Source: a virus
Length of the DNA: 64,000 nt
Virus record (IMG/VR): IMGVR_UViG_3300045988_150584
Strand: one strand, 5' to 3'
The notes beneath the pieces are model-generated. The model was given only the letters and a program-made list of their open reading frames with translations, did not search any database and was not told where the DNA came from. Both the position numbers and the translations under genes were made by a program. Numbering within the stretch: position 1 is the stretch's first letter; each line of letters begins with the position of its first letter. Positions 34,655-45,400 of the stretch are shown piece after piece.

Positions 34655-35461
34655 TTAACCTCCAACATTTACGGGAAACTCACATTGGATTTCCAACATA
34701 CAATTCCCAACCACTTCAAGCAAATTGTCACCACAAACAAGCTTGAAGAATTCAAAATTGAAATATGGATATAGGTTCAAATCCATATTATTTGTAATTA
34801 CACCATTTTCATTATCCACTTCAATCTCCAAGAAGTAGTCTTGCGGAAGATCGCTCAATGCAAAAAACCTATCGTTATCAGAATGATTGATGATTTTGAT
34901 AGCGTTACTTCCGTTCAGTGTGATTTTTAGCTTTGGCTGATATCCACCACGATAGCTACCGAGATTGCGCAAAATAATGTTAGTGTTGCCGCTGCAGTTA
35001 TAGCTATATGTCACCGGATACTGATAGGCAAATGGGGAATCGCATCGAACAGTGCATGAAAAAGCAATCGGTAAATTTCCGATTTCCACCATCTGCAAAT
35101 CTTCAATCAAGCACCGATATCGAACCTGCTCCATATCGGCCTGCTCAATTTCCAACCACTTATAACCATCGACAGGAGACAACCATGCACTGATTGCCTC
35201 CCGATCCCAGGCATCAAAAAAGCCGTTTGTTTTCACAAACGACTTATCAGCTCCAAATACCATTTTGAATGTCAATGGCTCATTTTGTGTGATACCATAA
35301 AACAGCGGCTTATATCGACCAGAAATACGGTCTTCCGAAATTTCTGCCGGCGTAGGAAAACTACCATTACCAGGAGAAACACCATTGACTTCGTAAAGCC
35401 TTAGCCCGTATTCCGTGCAAGGGATACCATCAAAAATAAAATAGTCACCCCAAAAAGCCAT
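34655..35461 (-). CDS. Distal-tail-protein-like (Sipho_tail family-like)
   Basis: N-terminus F.FDGIPCTEYGLRLYEV resembles the Dit-family start. GGAGG RBS. Confidence 0.45.
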   Translation of the reverse strand: MAFWGDYFIFDGIPCTEYGLRLYEVNGVSPGNGSFPTPAEISEDRISGRYKPLFYGITQNEPLTFKMVFGADKSFVKTNGFFDAWDREAISAWLSPVDGYKWLEIEQADMEQVRYRCLIEDLQMVEIGNLPIAFSCTVRCDSPFAYQYPVTYSYNCSGNTNIILRNLGSYRGGYQPKLKITLNGSNAIKIINHSDNDRFFALSDLPQDYFLEIEVDNENGVITNNMDLNLYPYFNFEFFKLVCGDNLLEVVGNCMLEIQCEFPVNVGG

Positions 35462-35475
35462 AACTGCACCTCCGC

Positions 35476-35655
35476 TTACTTATCCTTTGGCTGTTCCTCT
35501 TCCTTTGTAATCTCACAACCAAGTAAAATGTCTCTCGTCTCTTCAAGAATGGCGATACTTCCACTCAGATTTGCAAGATTCGGCTTCCCGCGAACAGAAA
35601 TATTGTCAAGCGCATTCAGTACAGCAACTAAACGATTGATAACTTCATCCTTCAT
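35476..35655 (-). CDS. Small hypothetical protein (59 aa)
   Basis: Hand-translated MKDEVINRLVAVLNALDNISVRGKPNLANLSGSIAILEETRDILLGCEITKEEEQPKDK. It fills the gap between two tail genes. Confidence 0.45.
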   Translation of the reverse strand: MKDEVINRLVAVLNALDNISVRGKPNLANLSGSIAILEETRDILLGCEITKEEEQPKDK

Positions 35656-35658
35656 ATA

Positions 35659-38600
35659 TTAACCCTCTTTCAAAGATTGCAATTCATTTTCAAGCTTGGT
35701 GATACGACGATATAGTTTCTGAATCATGTGTGTATTCAGAGAAATGAACTCGCCGTAGCGAAGCTTGTAGTAATTGTCAGTAATTCCGTCTGCCTCGTTG
35801 ACCTCTTCAATAGGTGCAATAACCAGACCAGCAAAATCCATATTAGACAGGCCGGCGTTGTGAAGAGCATCTTCAACATCCTGTGCAATAAATCCAGAAT
35901 GAAGTCTTCCACCATGACCATTGTTATACTTAAATGTCGCTGGTTTCAGCCCCATGAAAAATTCATCATAACGATCAAAGTCGTAGTTGATGGTATTCTT
36001 CAATCGTCTATCAGAACGCAGCGTAATTTCTTCACTTGCATAAATGCCATTGGCAGTAATGAAGAAGTCCATTGCCCCGATTTCATCCAGACCAGTCATT
36101 CGGCATCCAGAATCCGTAACAATGAAGTATGGGGCGTTGCCTTCACCATTTCCGCCATACATCATAGAACCGTATGTTCGATTACCGCCGCTACCAGAAC
36201 CATATCCTTTTGCGAATCCGCCATAGCCACAGGTAAGCGCAATATTATCAGCGTCAATATTACCAGCGAGAATATATGATGCGTTAATAGCAAGATAATA
36301 TCGACCATTATATCTGTACGAATAAATACCATCGTAATAATAGTCATCCGAATTCTCGTACAAAGCCTTAGCAATATTACCGCGAGTAACATTCGCATCG
36401 CTACCGTCTGCGCCGTCATATCCATCACGACCATCTTTACCTTGAATCTTCATTGCAGAAGTCCAAGTATTACCGCCGTCATAAGAATACGAAGCATAGT
36501 AGTCATATGAAACGCTCAAGCTTCTGTGCCAACCACTTGAAGACGAACTTGGATAGGAAGAGTACGGAGAGGTAGGTGTTGCATAACTTGATCTGCCATA
36601 CAAAACGCGAACGGGACTGCTGCCGGTTCCCCAAGTAATGTTTCCTTGAAGATTGATGCTTCCAGTCATCGTGATATTACCAGTTGTGCCGTCAATCTGA
36701 ATATTTCCAAGATCAAGATAATTGCTATCAAACTTGTTCTTATCAGATGTCAGCATTGACTTTCCAGACTTGTCCAGAAAATCAGATGCTTGTACAACGC
36801 CTTTGAAATTACCACTTGCAGCAGAAAGCTCACCGCTGAATTTACCGTCACAGCCCTCAAGCGTACCTTTGATATGAACATTTCCGTCTGTATCGACCCA
36901 GAAAGATGCGTTCTTTTCATCAATGGTATACTCATCACCGTCATACAACGGATACTTGCCAATTGCAATTCCGGAATACGGATTTAGAGTGATTTGCACC
37001 TGATTAGCATTGTAGATATCAAAAATAGCATTATGGAGAGAAGCGCCGTTTCCATCAACACGAAACACAGAAGTCTTTCCGTCTTTCTTTTTGCTTTCGA
37101 TAATCATACTGTTGCTGGCAATCAGCTTACCAATGAGACTATCAGCAATTACACCGCTAATAAGCGTACCATCTTCAGATACCATTTGACCGATAGCAAG
37201 ATTCGCTGTTTGCCAATTATCTGTGGTAAACATGATCGAACCGTTGTTCATCCAAATCTGGTACGGCTCATATTCTGTAGGCGATCCATCAACTCGTTTC
37301 CGTAGACGCAAACCAGACTCACTCCATGAAATATCCTGTCCGCTTGATGACATGATATTGTTCTTTGCGATATCCAGCGCAGACTTCATGAATTTGCTTA
37401 GTGATGTTTCTGCACCACTATTCACAAACTGATTATATGTCCATTTGCCACTATCAAGCGTTTTGCCCGCAGACACACTATCACTCAAAGCATCTGAATA
37501 TGAAAAATCATTTCCAGAAAGATTATACTTGCTGGATAATGTCACCTCGAACTTAGACAAATCTTCAAATGGAATATGGACTCCAAGTAAAATAGGCTGC
37601 AAAACCTTACCATCACGATCTTGCCAATAAACCTTGCTACCAAGCTCCAAGTGATTTTTGAAATACTTGAATTCTGACATAGCAAGAAAGTTGGCTAAAT
37701 CAAGTGAAAATGTATAAGAGGGTTGCGAAACTTTTTCCAACACAGTTTTGCCATATTCAAATAGATCCCATTCTACGGTTCTCTGTTCATACTCTGTTGT
37801 ACTTCTTGTGAAATACAGATTTGCAGTATTGATTTTGAACTGCAATGTACTTCCAGAGCTAATCGCACCATTGACCTCAGACTCAGCTTTCACATTAGAC
37901 GAAACACTAATTGCCGTACCTGAGATAGATACACAAGCGTTAGGGAACTCTGCGTCATTCAATGTGCCATCATTAACACGCGCAGTAAACAAAATGTTGT
38001 TATCACTGTCAAAATCCAAAGACGCACGAATTAGATTCGCCCGAAGAACAAAACCGTTAGTTGAACATTCCAAAACGCCACCAGATGCAGAATAAATGTC
38101 CTTACCGAAATCATTCTTGACTTTGATAACTTCTGATCTGCTGATATTAAAAATAGCGCCAGAAACTTTTACGCTCTCACCTGAGGTATCATAAGTAGCC
38201 ACTTTTGGAATTACAAATGAATCCTCTGAAACAGAGTCCTCTTTCAGATACCGATTGATAATCTTGTACTCATCTTCTGTAAAAAATGCAGATAGGGTAG
38301 TCTTGTTGTTAATTGCGACCATCTGCTCATTCAAACTTGAAACTTCCGCAGAAATAGCATCAATTTCAGACTGCTTCTGTGTAATCTCCGATTTTTTAGC
38401 GCTAATTTTTGCATTGACGCTATTTAGATCGCTTTGTGACTTCAATCCTTGTGCAATAGCCTGAATAGTAACCGCTTGAATATTTTCAAGGCTTGTCAAT
38501 TCTCCTTGCAATGTAGTCATAGCGGCTTGTTCCGTGACAAGCTGTGCAGTTTTCAGAGCCTCTTCAATCGTTAAATTGTAATACTGCTGCTGGTAAGACT

Positions 38601-39432
38601 CAAATGTTTCCTCCCACAGATTATATTTGTTGATTACATTCTGACTAAAATTATCGAGTGTCATAAAATGCTGCAGATTGATAATGCTGCTTGTTCCCAT
38701 CGGATTGACACTTCGGATATCAACACCATCCGCACCATATACGCTAAGATTGGTAACAATACTTTCGCTATCCTCATCAACACTCACATTTTTCACGAGA
38801 TTTTTTACAGAGAAGTATACGGGTGTAATCGGCGCGGCAGAAGCCATATCACGCACATGGATCAGTCGTTTATAGGTATCAAAATAAAAAATACAACCAT
38901 ATGACTCCTGCAAATCAGATTTCATAAAATTGTAGACATTTTGATCGTCGCTATCATCGAAAGTGCGATACTTGTCAATTAAAGTCGCATCAACGCTTCC
39001 AACATTCCAAGATGGCATTAGTTCAAGAATCATCCCTAAAATTGTTCCTTTCGGAGCAATAGGATTCCACAAATTATATGTCCCCTCTGTCAATGGAAGC
39101 TTCTTAAACGAAAACTCATATTCAAGCGAATATGCAGTACAACTTTTGATTTGCTTGATACCATCGTCATCCACTTTTGGATCAACCAAAAGGAAGCGAC
39201 CGTAGTTCATCAAATCAATAATTCGCATTCCGACAACTCGACCATAGTTCTCTGTGAGCTTTCGATCCACATACGCTGGTAGATCAAATGTCAGTGTTGA
39301 AATCTCATTATAACAAAGGTCGGCCTCAACATTGAATGCGTATTTTAGCACTCCAATAGGGGTATCATCAAGATTTTGGAGAATCAACATGGGCTGTTCT
39401 TTTACATTGATCTTTGCAAAATCAATGACCAT
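35659..39432 (-). CDS. Large tail protein / tail-associated fibre with C-terminal S74 intramolecular chaperone domain
   Basis: ATG at 39432 is 7 nt after AAGGAGG. C-terminus SDRRLKNTI...HSGFIAQDVEDAL...LRYGEFISLNTHMIQKL matches Peptidase_S74. There is a short collagen-like run GKDGRDGYDGADGSD. Confidence 0.75.
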   Translation of the reverse strand: MVIDFAKINVKEQPMLILQNLDDTPIGVLKYAFNVEADLCYNEISTLTFDLPAYVDRKLTENYGRVVGMRIIDLMNYGRFLLVDPKVDDDGIKQIKSCTAYSLEYEFSFKKLPLTEGTYNLWNPIAPKGTILGMILELMPSWNVGSVDATLIDKYRTFDDSDDQNVYNFMKSDLQESYGCIFYFDTYKRLIHVRDMASAAPITPVYFSVKNLVKNVSVDEDSESIVTNLSVYGADGVDIRSVNPMGTSSIINLQHFMTLDNFSQNVINKYNLWEETFESYQQQYYNLTIEEALKTAQLVTEQAAMTTLQGELTSLENIQAVTIQAIAQGLKSQSDLNSVNAKISAKKSEITQKQSEIDAISAEVSSLNEQMVAINNKTTLSAFFTEDEYKIINRYLKEDSVSEDSFVIPKVATYDTSGESVKVSGAIFNISRSEVIKVKNDFGKDIYSASGGVLECSTNGFVLRANLIRASLDFDSDNNILFTARVNDGTLNDAEFPNACVSISGTAISVSSNVKAESEVNGAISSGSTLQFKINTANLYFTRSTTEYEQRTVEWDLFEYGKTVLEKVSQPSYTFSLDLANFLAMSEFKYFKNHLELGSKVYWQDRDGKVLQPILLGVHIPFEDLSKFEVTLSSKYNLSGNDFSYSDALSDSVSAGKTLDSGKWTYNQFVNSGAETSLSKFMKSALDIAKNNIMSSSGQDISWSESGLRLRKRVDGSPTEYEPYQIWMNNGSIMFTTDNWQTANLAIGQMVSEDGTLISGVIADSLIGKLIASNSMIIESKKKDGKTSVFRVDGNGASLHNAIFDIYNANQVQITLNPYSGIAIGKYPLYDGDEYTIDEKNASFWVDTDGNVHIKGTLEGCDGKFSGELSAASGNFKGVVQASDFLDKSGKSMLTSDKNKFDSNYLDLGNIQIDGTTGNITMTGSINLQGNITWGTGSSPVRVLYGRSSYATPTSPYSSYPSSSSSGWHRSLSVSYDYYASYSYDGGNTWTSAMKIQGKDGRDGYDGADGSDANVTRGNIAKALYENSDDYYYDGIYSYRYNGRYYLAINASYILAGNIDADNIALTCGYGGFAKGYGSGSGGNRTYGSMMYGGNGEGNAPYFIVTDSGCRMTGLDEIGAMDFFITANGIYASEEITLRSDRRLKNTINYDFDRYDEFFMGLKPATFKYNNGHGGRLHSGFIAQDVEDALHNAGLSNMDFAGLVIAPIEEVNEADGITDNYYKLRYGEFISLNTHMIQKLYRRITKLENELQSLKEG

Positions 39433-39455
39433 ACCAAGACCTCCTTTATAGAACA

Positions 39456-39482
39456 AAGAGGACACCCATTGGGTGTCCTCTT
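39456..39482 (-). terminator. 12-bp-stem hairpin directly after the tape measure gene
   Basis: aagaggacaccc-att-gggtgtcctctt. Confidence 0.5.
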
Positions 39483-39486
39483 AAAA

Positions 39487-42400
39487 TTATCCTCTGAGCA
39501 TAGAATTAGCAACCTTGTTTCTAATTCCCTTACGCCGATTTGCACTAATCAGTTTTCCAATTGTAAAGTCAGCATAATACTCAGCAAAGCCCTTCATATT
39601 TTCTTCCGTCACATTCTGCATCTGGAAGTAGTTCTGAATAGTGACACGATCATCCGTAGACGAATTATCTGTATTACTATTGTCGTTCGTAATCGACTTA
39701 ACGACCTCAGAAACAGCGGGTGATGTAGAAGTAAGGTTGCCAATCAATGAGTCCAAAACACCAGTAATACCATATTTCAACGAATTGAAAATACGCATAT
39801 ACTGATCTTTCGTCATGACAAGCTCTCCATCCTTCAAAACAGAAAGGACTTCATCAGCACCGGCAGCTCGACCGCCAACATAACCCTCGTCCAAACCAGT
39901 ATGGAACAGTCGCGGGCCATTTGCGGAATCAAGATACCAAACGCCATTCACTTTAACAACCTTGCGCCCCAATAGAGCGGAAAGCTGTTCGGCAAGATCC
40001 TCATTCTCCTTAACCAAACGGTTCTTTTCTTCCTGCGTCTTTGCAGTATGCCAACCCTTACTATTTGTCTGCATCTTACTCAAAATTCTGTCGATTTGCG
40101 TTTGCTTATCGTCAGCATTCTTTCCAGCGTAGGAAATTTCAGAGTTAATACCATTCAGCGCAGACACGACATCGCCGTATTCCTGCGCCGCTGCCTTAGC
40201 AGTTCGCCAAGCGGAAGTAATAGAATCTTCGCCGTCGATCATATCTCCATATTGCTTATTCCACTCAATTAGGTCTGTGTATAGCTGTTCCCAATTGCTG
40301 TTGATGCGGGCAATAGCTGCATTGTACACCTTTTCTTCCGTATCAACTGTGGACTTCACATAGGAAATTTCATCGTTTTTCGTATCCTCAAAAGTATCAG
40401 CTTCTTTGTCCAAAGCGTCAACTTGTGAATTATACGCATAATCTGCTTGATAGTCAGCCAACTCCTGCTGAAGCTGAGCCAGCTCTTGTGCCAGCTTTTG
40501 TTTTTCAGCATTTGCTGATGCACTCGTATCACGATCCAACTGCGCAAGCTTCGCTTGCTTTTCAGCAATCTCAGCTACTTTTTCTGCAACAGTTCTTTGA
40601 TAGTCTTCTTCATCCTTAGTCGCAGAAAGAGACTCTTTCTTCAAATCAATGATTTTACGGAAAGCGTCAATCTGTGCTTCCAGAGCATCTACTTGATCCT
40701 CAGCCTCTTGACGAACAAGCTCCATCGTCATCTCAATGATTTTCGTTAGAGCATCTTTCTGTTCGTTGTAGATTTCAACGCCCGTTTCACGCATAAGACT
40801 GTTATACTCTTTCAGAGTTAAAACACCCTCTTCAAATAGGCGATTGATTTCTTTCAGCTTTTGTTTCAGGTAGTCAACCTTGGTAAAATTGAAATCTCCC
40901 CACAAATCAAAATCATCGGCATAATCAATGAAGTCATCAAATGTATCAAGAACATTATCTGCAATTTTAGAGTTAATATCTTGAATATCATTATAAGCAC
41001 CCCACCATGCGTCAATACAATCTTGAATTGCTTCGTCGTTTTCGTCCAGTCCGAGATCACGCAGACGTCGTTCTTCCTTATGAGCTTCTTCTTGAATTTT
41101 CTTTTGTTCTTCAAGCTGCTTATAAAGGTTATCCAACATCGCATCCTTGGTCTGATTGTTGTCCAGCATATCATACTGGTTTTCCAACAGACTGAGCATA
41201 TTGTTATGATTATCTACCGCAGTCTGGTAAATATCATGCAACATATCCTCAATCGTATCCTGATAATCCCACCACTTTTTCTGTAGGTCTTGGATATAAT
41301 CAGAGGTATCATCTAAACCAAGCGCACGATACTTTTCAGCTTGTGCGTGGACTGTTTCTTGCATCTTCCGATAGATGGCAATAATTTGTTCCGGAGTCCC
41401 GTCATTCTTCTCCAAAAGGAAAATTGAATGCTCAAAATTGCCAATGATATCGGATAGTTGGTCTTCCAAATCGTCCAGCTTATCTTTAAGCTGTTCTTCT
41501 AATGTCTTATCGTCAATTGTCGCTTCGACTGTAGCGTTGAATGTGATTGGTGTTCCACTTGAACCGGTCTTGCCTGTCTCAACATGCAATCCACCTGTCT
41601 GGACTCTGCCTTTCGCATAAGCTGGGATAACACCCTTGAGCTGCTTGCCAGATCCGTGTACGATACGCTTTGTTTCATCCGCAGTATAAACACGGTCGCC
41701 CTGCTTGAGATTAACAACCTCAGCGCCATTTACACCTGCAAGATAAGCTTTATCGCCAGACTGGATAAGCTCAGCGCCCTCTTCACCAACCAACGCATCA
41801 CCAGCCGGTGCAGCACCAGTACCAGAAGCATACCCAAAGATACTTCCAAGAATGCCGCTCTTACGCTTTGTGTCAATCGTGACCGTAGCGGTTTGACCGT
41901 CCAAATGCTGAACAGCAGTTTGAACGCGCTTTACTGCGGTCTCTGCGTCGCTTGCAGCAGTTTCAATGTTATTAAACTGATCAACAACATTATCAGTTGT
42001 CTCATCGTCAACATCCTCGACAGCCTGCGCAACACCATCAACATTAGAAGTTACTGTCGCAAAATCCAAACCGTTCAGATACTCCAGCGCATCTGTCGTA
42101 TCTTTAATTTCACCTTGCGAATTTGTGAGGGAAATACCGTCTGCTTCACCAAGCTTTGTGATTAGGTTTTCCGCCTGTTCCTTAGTGAAGTTTAGTTCGG
42201 AAAGAAGTGGGGCAAGAGCTTCTGCATCAACATTGACCGTGATACCATCGCTGGCTGCTAAACCAAGATTAGTAAGACTGTTCGTTAAACCGTCAATGCT
42301 GCCCTCTGCATCCAACAATACAACGCCATCGAGATCTTGTAGACCTGTCAGAATATCATAGATTTCCTTGTCAGTCTTACCAAGAGTGATAAGCTGATCG

Positions 42401-45400
42401 GTAAGCGCCGAAACATTGATTGCTTTCTTTCCAGCATTCTCCGCAGATAGACCAATTTCGTCGATAACATCTGCGACCTCGTTCATATCGTAGAAATCAA
42501 TATCTCCCCACATGGAGAGGGCTTCCAGACATGCAAGAACCGCATCTGTCGTAATACCCATCTTTTCGGCAATCGCGTCCAGATTATCCGGATCAATGTC
42601 GAAAACATAAGCACCATCAGAATCTTTACTGATATCCAGTAATTTTTCGCCCTGATCGTTGACTAACTGACCAGCCTGAGACATCTGATATAGCCGTTCA
42701 ACAAAACCAGCACCAGCACTGTCAGCGTCCTCAAACACAATCTTGTTTTTCTCCATCGCGGAGTAGATTTCGTCAAGACCATCGCTCCATCCCCATGTAG
42801 ATAGCTGATCGCTACCAAATAGGAATTCAGCCGCAGCCCAGAAAGCATTTGAGTTGGTCGTGCCTGCTTCAAACTGCTTATTCAGTTCCTCAAAGGCTTC
42901 TGCATAAGACTTAAAGTCGGTATCCTTTTCCTCGACAGACATGGCAGCATCGTACCGTGCTTTCGCCTCAGTTACGCTGTCAAATTTATCTACCATGCCA
43001 TCAAGAGCATCATTGAGCTTCAACGCCTGCTCTGTAATAAGAGCAACACCATCGCCACCCTCAGCCATAACCTGTAGGATATGTGCGAGGAATTGCGCAT
43101 TCATACCGTCTTCATCAAGAACACCGGCAAGAATACCGCTTTCCTCAGCCAATTCCTTTACATTTTCGGCTGTGATACCATCAAGTGTTATTGAAAGAGT
43201 CATCAACTCTTCCTTAGCGTCAGCAAAGTTTTCAGAATTCCAAAGGCTCTTAATCGTGGTCTTGAGCTGTTCAGAATGTCTTCTTGCTACTTCCTGTTCG
43301 CTATTATACTTTTCGATTGCTACAGTGATATCATCCCAAGTCGTTGCGCCTTGGTTAATAACCGCATCATAAGCAACCTCAAATTCCTCATCTGATAGAC
43401 CGCGTAGCTTTTCTTTGACTTCATCAGCCTCAGCAAGCCATGCGTCTAACTCATGGAAATGTGCAGATGTGCCAGACTCATACTGTTCGTAGTTTTTGGG
43501 AACTAACGCCTCAGCAATAGCCTGCATTTTCTCGTTGACTTGCTTAGCCTGACTTTCGCGCTGATTTAGCTCTTCAAGCAAACCAGCATAGTAATCATTC
43601 GTACCAAGCGTTTTATCAACAAGTTCCTCAGCAGAATATGTACCATTCTCGTCGAAACTCAAATCGTTCTGAACCTGCTGGATCAGATCCTTGCGCATCT
43701 TTTCAAACTGGTCAAGGTCTTCTGGCTTTGCAAGCTTCTGAGCAGCAAGGAAAGCGTCTTCCGCAATCATCTGATTGTTTTTATCAATCTGATCAATTGC
43801 GTCGGACAACGCAGCGTCGTATTCGTTATAAGCATCCGCAAGAACTTCAAATACCGGATTTTCACTTCCGAATTTGTCACGAACTGCGTTCATCGCATCT
43901 TGTAGATACTTATAATTCGCCGCTAAATCCTCAAATGTGACATCTTTTAAGCCACCATCTGAACTATATACGCTTGGAAGGAAGATTGTTCCGCCGCCCT
44001 TGCTACCACTATCATCAATACCAGTAAACCCAAGCTCTTTAAGATACGCCATAGCGTCTCCAGCTTCTTTACCAGTTGCAGAATAAAAACTATGACTATT
44101 GAAATATCCATCAAGCTCTTTTACAGCATCTTCTTTAACAACATTAGCAGCACGAACACCTTTTGAAATGTCGGTTTGTAACTGCGTTCTGGCCGCGTCG
44201 ATAATGCTATCTCGCAAATCTGCATAGCTACCAGACAAATTATCAACAGCAACACCCTGATCTTTCAGATAGGCAATTAGCTCGTCTTGAATAGCAATAA
44301 GATCTTCTTGTGAGCCAGTACCAGCCTCGACAGCATTACTCAGCTCAATATAAGAAGATGCGAGATCATACAACTTCTTTGCATCTTCCGAAGCAGTAGT
44401 ACCCGCTTCGACAGCAGCCTGACGAGCCTCCTTAGCCTTGTTAATTAGCTTTGAAATTCCAGAAACAATTGCCGAAATAGCAAGACCAATACCAAGACTA
44501 ATCAGCATATTCAGAGCGGTCTTTAACACCTGTACGCCAACAGCGGCGTCTTTTGAAGCAACGCCCATTTCTGTTGTAGATGCAGATGCGTTTGTCATTG
44601 ATGAACGATATGCGTCAGTGGAAATCGTAGCATCATCTGTTACATGAACAGCCGTTTTCAGCGAACTACTTCCACGACCAATTGTATCGTTCCATACGAT
44701 TTGACGTTGTGTCAAATCACTTGTTGATGTACCAAGACCTTGAATCTTTGTTTTGTATTCATCAAGTAGACGAATATCATTTTCTAATTCAAGCTTTCCA
44801 CTATTCCATGCAAATGAAATGCCAGTACCAGTACCAAGCCAATTCTTCGATGTGGTTGTTTTTAATAACTGAAGCTTATCAAAGAATGGGGTAATACCAG
44901 CAAGAATCGCAGGAAATGCACCAAGCGTTTCAATAAGTTTTGTGAGCCAACCAAGCAATCCAGTTCCAGCATCATATGCACCCTTAATCAAATCACTATT
45001 CAAAATAGTCTTTGCAAGAGCTTGATACTGAGCTTGGAATTTTTGCTGCTTCGCCTCAATGCTGTCCATCCACTTCTCATGCTCAGCGAGAGCAGAACCC
45101 TCCGCATTAACGGAAGCATTCATGGCACTAACAGCATCGTCCATATTTTCGATAGCCGCCGCCAGAGCGTTACCCTGACGCTTACCAGCCAGCAATTCAA
45201 GCAATGCAGCCTGGTCGATATCGCTCATTTTCTCCCAGACCTTACTAATTCCAAGAATAATTTCATATGTACTCTTGAAATTATCAGCATCAGCCATAAT
45301 ATCAAAACCACCAGAGCCATCAACATTGGTCAATCCCTTGATTTGCTTCTGAAGTTTTGCTGTGCTTTCCGCCATATATTCGGTTTCAAGACCGGCTTCT